From contig CAZYLV010000001.1 of NCBI GenBank assembly GCA_964648865.1, forward strand, positions 84,509 to 148,508: a stretch of 64,000 nucleotides of DNA, given 5' to 3'. Under the pieces are notes generated by a model. It searched no databases and was not told the DNA's origin. It saw only the letters and a list, made by a program, of their open reading frames with translations. This DNA comes from an uncultured Gammaproteobacteria bacterium (GTDB lineage: Bacteria > Patescibacteriota > Patescibacteriia > 2-12-FULL-57-11). Position numbers and translations under genes: made by a program. Below are positions 57,129 to 64,000 of this stretch, one piece after another (within the stretch, counting starts at the first letter, position 1; each line of letters begins with the position of its first letter).

Positions 57129-58324
57129 GGCAGGACGCGGATGAAGTGACGCTTGCCCTTCTGGAGGAGCACGCCCTCCTTGGGCAGGGTCACGGCGGCG
57201 GCCGGGTCTGCGGCGACGGCGCCGTCGACCTTCACGCCCTTCTGTCCGACGAGCCGACGGGCCTCGGACTTCGAGGCCGCGAGCTTGGCGGCGACAAGTA
57301 CGTCGACGAGCGGCATGCTCTTGGCTTTTATGCGGACCTCGGGTACGTCGGCAGGCGTCTCATGTTTCTGGAAGACGGACACGAAGGCGGCTTCGGCCTT
57401 CTGTGCCGCGGCGGTACCGTGATACATGCGGACGATCTCCCGGGCCAGACGCATCTTGTGGTCGCGCGGATTCTCGCCCGAGGCCACGGCCTGCTCGATG
57501 TGCGTGATGTCCTCTTCCGGGAGCTCCGTTGCGAGCCGGAAATACGCCACGAGCGCCGCGTCGGGCACCGTCATGACCTTGCCGTACATGTCCTCGGCCG
57601 CGTCCGTCAGCCCGATGGTGTTGCCGAGCGACTTGGACATCTTGTGGACGCCGTCGGTGCCCACGAGGAGCGGCACGGTGATGACGTCCTGCTCGGGAAG
57701 CTCCATCTTCTTCTGGAGCTCGCGGCCGGCCAGCATGTTGAAGGTCTGGTCCGTCCCGCCGACCTCCACGTCCGCTTTGATGGCCACCGAATCGTAGGCC
57801 TGCATCATCGGGTAGAGCAGCTCGTGCGCCGAGATGTCGACCCCGGCCTTGCTGCGCTTGGTGAAGTCGTCGCGCTCGAGGATGCGGGCCACGGTGAACT
57901 TGCCGGCGAGCCGGACCACGTCCGCGAACCCGAGCTTACCCAACCACTCCGAGTTGTGGCGGACCTCGGCCTTCTTGACGTCCAGGACCTTCCCGACCTG
58001 CGCGAAGTACGTCTTGGCGTTGGCGGCGATCTCCTTTTCCGAGAGCTGCGGGCGGGTCTTGGATTTTCCGGAGGGATCCCCGATGAGCGCCGTGGCGTCG
58101 CCGATGATGAAGACCACGGTGTGCCCGAGGTCCTGGAACCGGCGGAGCAAGCGCAAGGCCACGGCATGCCCGAGATGCAGGTCGGGAGCCGTCGGGTCCA
58201 TACCGATCTTCACGCGCAGCTTGTCCCCTTTCTTCAGGCGCGCCACGAGATGCTCGCGCACCACGGCATCCGCCACGGAGCGTCCGAAGAGCGCAGCGAC
58301 CTGGGCGTCGGTCAGGCCTTTCAT
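57125..58324 (-). CDS. tyrS: tyrosine--tRNA ligase
   Basis: DPTAPDLHLGH, GGTDQ, KMSKS, C-terminal S4-like domain. Confidence 0.97.
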   Translation of the reverse strand: MKGLTDAQVAALFGRSVADAVVREHLVARLKKGDKLRVKIGMDPTAPDLHLGHAVALRLLRRFQDLGHTVVFIIGDATALIGDPSGKSKTRPQLSEKEIAANAKTYFAQVGKVLDVKKAEVRHNSEWLGKLGFADVVRLAGKFTVARILERDDFTKRSKAGVDISAHELLYPMMQAYDSVAIKADVEVGGTDQTFNMLAGRELQKKMELPEQDVITVPLLVGTDGVHKMSKSLGNTIGLTDAAEDMYGKVMTVPDAALVAYFRLATELPEEDITHIEQAVASGENPRDHKMRLAREIVRMYHGTAAAQKAEAAFVSVFQKHETPADVPEVRIKAKSMPLVDVLVAAKLAASKSEARRLVGQKGVKVDGAVAADPAAAVTLPKEGVLLQKGKRHFIRVLP

Positions 58325-58340
58325 ACGCCACCAGTGTACA

Positions 58341-61001
58341 TCATCCGAGCTGGGCGCGGACCTTCTCGAGCTCCGCGGCGGCCTCGGCGCGCTTGGCCTT
58401 CTCCTTATGGATGACGGCCTCGGGCGCTTTGGCGACGAACTCGGCATCGGCGAGCTTGCCGTCGATGAGCGCGAGGTACTTCTCGAGCTCCGCGGCGCGG
58501 GCCTCAAGTCTGGCACGGCCCCGCTCGTCCTGCCCCGGCGCGTGCTCAAGGTAGACCTCCACCGCGCCCGCGACCGTGGCGACCTCCTCCGCCTTCTTCT
58601 CGCGGTCGTCGAAACTCAGGCAGCAGAGGTTGACGAGCTCCGCGATGACCGGCGCGTTCTGGGCGTAGATGGCATAGTCCGAACCGGCGGCGATGTTGGC
58701 GCCGCGCTCTTCCTTGGATCCGATCCGGTGTTCGCTGCGCAGGTTGCGGATGGCCGTGACGACCTCCTGGATACGGCGCATCTCGTCTTCGGCGAGCGCA
58801 TCGCCCACGCCGACATGCTCCGGCCACGCGGCGACCATCAGCAGGTCCGCGCCGCCCATCTCCTTCCACAATGTCTCCGTGACGAAGGGCATGAAGGGGT
58901 GCCAGAGCCGCAGCAGCGTGCCGAGCGTGAAGCGCAGGATGGCGTCGGTCCGCGCGGCGTCACCTTCCTTCTTTTGGACCTTGGAGATCTCCAGATACCA
59001 GTCGGCGAACTCGTTCCAGGTGAAGTCGCGCAGCGCCTCGCCTGCGGCCGAGAACTCGTAGCGCTCCAGATGCGCCGTGGCCTTCTCGGCCGTGGCCGCG
59101 AGACGAGACAGGATCCATCTGTCAGCCAACGTTATCGGCGTAGGGGCGACATTCATGACGCCCCTATCGGATTGCGTCGTCGTCAGCACGTAGCGGCCGA
59201 TGTTCCAGAGCTTGTTGGTGAAGTTGCGGAAGCCGGCGATCTTCTCTTCCGAGAGGCGTGTGTCGTTGCCGGGCGTGGAGCCGACGACGAGCGAGAGCCG
59301 CACGGCGTCCGTGCCGTACGTCGCGATCATGTCGAGCGGGTCGATGATGTTGCCGAGCGACTTGGACATCTTGCGCCCCTGCTCGTCGCGCACCAGTCCG
59401 TGGAGGTAGACGTCGCGGAACGGCACTTCGCCCGTGAGCGCCACGGACATCAGGATCATGCGGGCGATCCAGAAGAAGAGGATGTCGTAGCCCGTCTCCA
59501 GCACCGAGGTGGGATGGAAGGTCTTGAAGTCGGCGCTCTCCTTGGGCCAACCGAGGGTCGAAAAGGTCCAGAGCCCCGAGGAGAACCAGGTGTCGAGCGT
59601 ATCACCGTCCTGTTCCCACCCCGGCGTCTTCGGCGCCTTGCCCACGGCGTAGGCGTCGTCGCCCTTCTTCTCCGAGTGGTACCACACCGGGATGCGGTGC
59701 CCGAACCACAACTGGCGCGAGACGCACCAGTCGCGAAGGTTGTCGATCCAGTGGAAGTAGGTCTTCTCGAAGCGCTCCGGCAGGATGCGGATCTGGCCGC
59801 TCCGCACCACGTGGCTCATCACTTCCTTGAGCGTCACCTCCTGGCCGTCCTCGAGCCCGGCGATGGGATGGCGCGTGGACTGCGTGAAGGTGAAGTGCTT
59901 GTTGACGGCGATGAACCACTGGAGCTTCGGCAGCGGCTCCACCGGCGTGCCGCAGCGGTAGCAGACGGAGAGGTTCTGCGTGACGGTCTCTTCTTTTTCG
60001 ATCAATCCGGCTTTCTTCAAGTCGGCGACGACCCGCTTGCGCGCCTCGAGCACCGGCAGGCCCGCGTACCTTCCGGCGAGCGCCGTCATCGTCCCATCCT
60101 CGCCGATGACCGTGAGCGAGGGCAGCCCGTGCTCCTGGGCGATCTGCTCGTCGATCTGGCTGTGGGCCGGCGTGACGCCGAGTGCGCCGGTGCCGAAGGC
60201 CGCGTCCACGGCGCGATGCCCGACCACGCGGATGCGGAGCGTCGTGCCCAGGAAATCGGCGTCGAACTCCTGGGCGATGAGCACCTTGTAGCGGGAGTCC
60301 TCGGGGTTGACCGCCACGGCCGTGTCGCCGAGCTTGGTCTCGGGGCGCGTCGTGGCGATGGAGATCGGGAAGCGTTTGTCGTAGCGCAACGTGTAGAGCG
60401 TCGTCTCCCCTTCCTTGTATTCGACCTCGTCGTCGGCGAGCGTCGAGCTGCAGCGCGGACACCAGTTGATGACGCGGTTGCCGCGATAGAGCAGGCCCAT
60501 CTCGTGCAGCCGCTGGAACGCTTCGTTGACTGCCGCGCCGCGCTCGGCGTCCAGCGTGTAGGCCTCGCGCGACCAATCGCAGGAGCTGCCCATCATGCGC
60601 ACCTGGTTGACGATGGTGTCGTGGCTCTCGGCGGCGAACCGCTCGACGCGCTTCAGGAATTCCTCGCGGCCGAGGTCGTGGCGCGTCTTCTTCTCCTGCT
60701 CCAGGATGAGCTTCTCGACCTTGGTCTGCGTGGCGATGGCGGCGTGGTCGGTGCCCGGGATCCAGAGGGCCTTCTTGCCGCGCATGCGCTCGAAGCGGAC
60801 CATCAGGTCCTCGACGGCGAGCATCACGGCGTGTCCGAGGTGGAGCGTGCCCGTGACGTTGGGCGGCGGCATGACGATGGTGAACGGCTCGGTGCGCTCG
60901 CCCGGGAGGTTCTCCGGCGCGAAGTAGCCGCTGGCCTCCCAGCGGTCGCGGATGGCGCCCTCATGCGCCTTGGGGTCGTAGGCTTTGGGCATCTCGGCCA
61001 T
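58341..61001 (-). CDS. valS: valine--tRNA ligase
   Basis: PPPNVTGTLHLGH, TTRPET, DWCVSRQLWFGH, KMSKS. Confidence 0.98.
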   Translation of the reverse strand: MAEMPKAYDPKAHEGAIRDRWEASGYFAPENLPGERTEPFTIVMPPPNVTGTLHLGHAVMLAVEDLMVRFERMRGKKALWIPGTDHAAIATQTKVEKLILEQEKKTRHDLGREEFLKRVERFAAESHDTIVNQVRMMGSSCDWSREAYTLDAERGAAVNEAFQRLHEMGLLYRGNRVINWCPRCSSTLADDEVEYKEGETTLYTLRYDKRFPISIATTRPETKLGDTAVAVNPEDSRYKVLIAQEFDADFLGTTLRIRVVGHRAVDAAFGTGALGVTPAHSQIDEQIAQEHGLPSLTVIGEDGTMTALAGRYAGLPVLEARKRVVADLKKAGLIEKEETVTQNLSVCYRCGTPVEPLPKLQWFIAVNKHFTFTQSTRHPIAGLEDGQEVTLKEVMSHVVRSGQIRILPERFEKTYFHWIDNLRDWCVSRQLWFGHRIPVWYHSEKKGDDAYAVGKAPKTPGWEQDGDTLDTWFSSGLWTFSTLGWPKESADFKTFHPTSVLETGYDILFFWIARMILMSVALTGEVPFRDVYLHGLVRDEQGRKMSKSLGNIIDPLDMIATYGTDAVRLSLVVGSTPGNDTRLSEEKIAGFRNFTNKLWNIGRYVLTTTQSDRGVMNVAPTPITLADRWILSRLAATAEKATAHLERYEFSAAGEALRDFTWNEFADWYLEISKVQKKEGDAARTDAILRFTLGTLLRLWHPFMPFVTETLWKEMGGADLLMVAAWPEHVGVGDALAEDEMRRIQEVVTAIRNLRSEHRIGSKEERGANIAAGSDYAIYAQNAPVIAELVNLCCLSFDDREKKAEEVATVAGAVEVYLEHAPGQDERGRARLEARAAELEKYLALIDGKLADAEFVAKAPEAVIHKEKAKRAEAAAELEKVRAQLG

Positions 61002-61035
61002 AGCGCATGACAGCGTAACACGGGCTCCACTAAAG

Positions 61036-61059
61036 AAAAAAGGGTCCGCGTGGACCCTT
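61036..61059 (-). terminator. intrinsic terminator
   Basis: AAGGGTCC/GGACCCTT hairpin with an A-run on the plus strand. Confidence 0.65.
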
Positions 61060-61076
61060 GCGCGCCTCGTGCCGGT

Positions 61077-61931
61077 TCAGTCGACGCGCCGTGCCGACCA
61101 GGGGCCGATGACCTCGCTGCCGTCTTCGGAGAGCCGCAGTCCCGTGATGGAGCGCCGGTCCGCCGCGATGGCCCCCTGGATCTGGATGCCGAGCTCGGCG
61201 CCCTGCACCCCGATGCCATCGATCCACATGGGGATGTCGAACGGCATGCCGGTGAGCTCGCGGCCGGCCTGGGCGATGTCGAACGTCCCGAGGTCCTCCC
61301 CGTCCTGCTCCACGGACCACCGCCCGTCGAGCACCGGCACCGCCGCGACGATGACGCTCGGGCTGCAGACCTCCGGCTCGCAGCTGCAGGGGCTGCCGTC
61401 GGCCGCAGCAGCGGGGCACGGGTTGGTCACGCAGGCCCGCACCACGAGATGCGGCTCGCGTGACCGGCGCAGGTCGAAGGCGTCGGCCGTGGCCGTGAGC
61501 CGCAGCCGCCGCCCGCGCGGATCCGCCAGGGATTCGACGATGAACGTCGGGTCCCCTTCCGTCCGCCACTCCACCTCCCGGGCCACCGGACGCACCGAGC
61601 CAAGCGAGGTCTGCCACGGCCAGGCCGTGATCTCCGCCGGCTCGGGCGGATCGGCATGCGCCCGCACCACGACGTAGCTCTCGGCGGCGAAAAGCGCCAC
61701 GCCCTCGGCGTAGTTGCCGATGCAGCGCGGCGGCGGGCCGCCGTCCCCGATGCCCGCATCCACGGGCATCGCGAAGGCGTCCGGCATCTCCGTCGCCGCG
61801 TCGGCCATCGGCGCGGCATCATCGCCCATCCCCTCCCCGGCGTCTTCCGGGAGCGGGGCGTCGACCTGCGGCGGTCCGTCGCAGGCGGCGATGAACAGGA
61901 ACAGGAACAGGGACCGCATGGGCCTCGTCAT
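61077..61931 (-). CDS. lipoprotein with DAG/DAA low-complexity linker
   Basis: LFLFLFIAAC lipobox; EDAG..DDAA..VDAGIGDGG linker; GGAGG RBS. Confidence 0.8.
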   Translation of the reverse strand: MTRPMRSLFLFLFIAACDGPPQVDAPLPEDAGEGMGDDAAPMADAATEMPDAFAMPVDAGIGDGGPPPRCIGNYAEGVALFAAESYVVVRAHADPPEPAEITAWPWQTSLGSVRPVAREVEWRTEGDPTFIVESLADPRGRRLRLTATADAFDLRRSREPHLVVRACVTNPCPAAAADGSPCSCEPEVCSPSVIVAAVPVLDGRWSVEQDGEDLGTFDIAQAGRELTGMPFDIPMWIDGIGVQGAELGIQIQGAIAADRRSITGLRLSEDGSEVIGPWSARRVD

Positions 61932-62128
61932 GGCCGCATCCTCCGGGCGCGCGGTCAGGGCGCCGCGCACCGCATCTTCCGTTGGGGAACGTGCCCTGAG
62001 CTCAACGGGCGCGTTCCTTCTCCATCACTGTACCTGTCCGCGCACGGCCGCACGGACTTGTCAAGACCCCACGCCCGCCCCGTTGACGCCCCCGGAACGG
62101 TCGCGTACAGTGCTCCCTTCTTTGATCC

Positions 62129-63265
62129 ATGGCCCTCTCGCACACCGACCAGTTCTTCGAGGCGCTCGGCCGCGCCCGGCACGTGCTCATCGCCCTGCCG
62201 GCGCGCCCGGGCGTGGACCAGCTCGCCGCCGCCACGGCGCTGCTTGCCGTCTGCGGCGCGCTGGGCAAGCCGGCCGACGCCGTGTCCGCCGGGTTCTCCG
62301 GACGCGCCCCGGATTTCCTGCCCGCGGCCGCGCGGATCAAGGGCGTCCTGCCGCCGCTGAACACGCTGGTCATCCGCCTGCCGGTCGACAAGGTCCCTCT
62401 CCACGACCTCTCCTACCGGCTCGCCGAAGGCCACCTTGAGATCGCGATCGCGCCCAAGAGCGGCGGCTGGAAGCCGGAGGAGGTCCGCGCCGAGCCAGCC
62501 GCGGCCAAGTACGACTTCGTCGTGACGCTCGGCGCCGCCGACCTCGAGGCGCTCGGCGCGCTCTCCGCGGAGCACCCCGAGCTCTTCCTGAGCGTGCCCA
62601 CGGCCAACATCGACCATGACCCGTCCAATGAGCACTTCGGCACCATGAACTACGTCGACCTCACGGCCGTCTCCGTGACCGAAGTGCTCTACCGTCTCCT
62701 CAAGGACCGCGACCGCTCGCTCATCGACGAGGACACGGCCACGGCGCTGCTCTCCGGCATCATCGCCAAGAGCCGCAGCTTCACCGTCGAGAAGATGGCG
62801 CCCGAGACGCTTTCCGCCGCGGCCGAACTCGTGGCGCTCGGGGCGGACCGCGAGCGCATCGTCCACGGGCTCTACCGCACGCGCTCCGTGCAGACGCTCC
62901 GGCTCTGGGGCCGGGCCCTCTCGCGGCTCAAGGCCGACCCGGGCCGCAAACTGGTCTGGACGGCGCTCGCCAGGAGCGACTTCGCCGCGGCCGGCGGCAG
63001 CGAGCAGGAGCTCGGCGACGTGCTCGACGAGCTGATCGCCGCCTCGCCCGAGGCGCAGGTGGCGGTGCTGCTCTACGAGGCGGCCGACGGCACCGTCTGC
63101 GGCATCGTCGACGCCAAACGGCCCTATCACGCCGCGCAGCTCACCAGACCCTTCGTGCCGGAGGGCGGCGGCCGCCGGGCGCACGTCTGCATCCGGGGCA
63201 AGGACGTGGCCGCCGCCGAGCGCGAACTCATCGCCGCGCTCACCGCGTCGCTCCCCCTCTCCTGA
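62129..63265 (+). CDS. DHH family phosphoesterase-like protein (degenerate motifs)
   Basis: NIDHDPSNEHFG, ATALLSGI, RLWGRAL, GGG near the C-terminus. Confidence 0.8.
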   Translation: MALSHTDQFFEALGRARHVLIALPARPGVDQLAAATALLAVCGALGKPADAVSAGFSGRAPDFLPAAARIKGVLPPLNTLVIRLPVDKVPLHDLSYRLAEGHLEIAIAPKSGGWKPEEVRAEPAAAKYDFVVTLGAADLEALGALSAEHPELFLSVPTANIDHDPSNEHFGTMNYVDLTAVSVTEVLYRLLKDRDRSLIDEDTATALLSGIIAKSRSFTVEKMAPETLSAAAELVALGADRERIVHGLYRTRSVQTLRLWGRALSRLKADPGRKLVWTALARSDFAAAGGSEQELGDVLDELIAASPEAQVAVLLYEAADGTVCGIVDAKRPYHAAQLTRPFVPEGGGRRAHVCIRGKDVAAAERELIAALTASLPLS

Positions 63266-63270
63266 AACCG

Positions 63271-63300
63271 AAAAGGACGGCCTCACGGCCGTCCTTTTTT
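63271..63300. terminator. bidirectional terminator
   Basis: AAAAGGACGGCC-TCAC-GGCCGTCCTTTTTT. Confidence 0.85.
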
Positions 63301-63305
63301 CATGG

Positions 63306-63812
63306 TCACGGCAACGCCGGCGCCAGGGCCAGGCGCGCGTCAGCGAGCGCGCGCAGGGCGAGATCCACGCCCGAGAGCGCCTGCGACACGCCGAGGACGC
63401 CGGAGCCGTAGGCGGAAAGGGCGTCGGCGGCGGTCTGGACGACGACCGCGGCGCGGCGGGCCTCGTCCGCGGCAGCGACCACGGCGGCGCGCGCCTCCTT
63501 GCTGCGGAAGCCCCGGGCATCGCGCCGGGCGGCGGCCGCGGCATCGGCGAGCGCCCGGCCGTCGGCGGCGAGCGCGGCCAGCTGCGCCGGAAGCGCGGCG
63601 TCATCCGTCCGCGCCGCGGCAACGACCTCCTCGAGCCGGACGACGGCGTTGCCCAGCCGCGCGTCGAGCGCACCCGCCGCGACGGCGGCCGCCGGGCTCA
63701 CCGCCGGCCGGTCGGCTACGCGCACGGCCGCCGCCCCGACGAGGAAGACCAGCGCCAGGAGGCCGACGACGTGCGCGGTGCGGAAGGGAAACGCGGGGAG
63801 ACGCATGCCCAT
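63306..63812 (-). CDS. Ala-rich membrane-anchored hypothetical protein
   Basis: N-terminal TM; ATG overlaps the upstream TGA. Confidence 0.65.
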   Translation of the reverse strand: MGMRLPAFPFRTAHVVGLLALVFLVGAAAVRVADRPAVSPAAAVAAGALDARLGNAVVRLEEVVAAARTDDAALPAQLAALAADGRALADAAAAARRDARGFRSKEARAAVVAAADEARRAAVVVQTAADALSAYGSGVLGVSQALSGVDLALRALADARLALAPALP

Positions 63813-64000
63813 CACTCTACGCCATCACCCGCCGTCGCGTGAAGCGGACGGATATCCCACCCGGTGCCGGTCCAGAAGGCCGCGGCGGCGTCCGGCCGGG
63901 TCGGCACCGGTTCGACGACGGCCTCATCGGCGAAGGTGCGGTAGCTGAGAGCGTAGACCTCAAAAATGAAGGGCGGAAGGACGTACCCGTACGACGTGGG
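63812..64000 (-). CDS. C-terminal fragment of an unknown protein (enters from window edge)
   Basis: Open frame ...YGYVLPPFIFEVY...GDGVE* ending in a TGATG overlap. Confidence 0.55.
   Translation of the reverse strand, partial: PTSYGYVLPPFIFEVYALSYRTFADEAVVEPVPTRPDAAAAFWTGTGWDIRPLHATAGDGVE

Overview
A high-GC bacterial chromosomal window with almost all genes on the minus strand. Gene content points to Patescibacteria (CPR), probably Uhrbacteria-like (inference): a TrbL/VirB6-like membrane protein, a 3019-aa Cys-rich exported protein, G[AT]GC lipoproteins, a degenerate DHH protein and the CCTGCCTGCCGGCAGGCAGG palindrome. Housekeeping genes are rsmA, tsaC, a galE-like epimerase, frameshifted prfB, groES/groEL with CIRCE, yidC, nusA, cysS, valS-tyrS-argS, tRNA-Val(TAC) and tRNA-Leu(GAG). 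Six accessory features stand out. (1) A lower-GC GNAT + pyruvoyl histidine-decarboxylase-like + 7TM sensor-kinase unit, a candidate acyl-amine signal-and-sense system. (2) A divergent cyclodipeptide-synthase-like gene overlapping a SET-domain gene. (3) A cluster of AspRS, AsnRS-like and a truncated Asx-RS paralog with a methyltransferase, an amidohydrolase and a HIT hydrolase. (4) Two unrelated genes that share promoter, leader, first codons and terminator. (5) Myxobacterial-style exported proteins, including two mosaic M23 peptidases. (6) A ~380-nt structured non-coding region. No transposase, integrase, CRISPR array or rRNA was seen. All calls come from motif reading by eye; no database searches were run.
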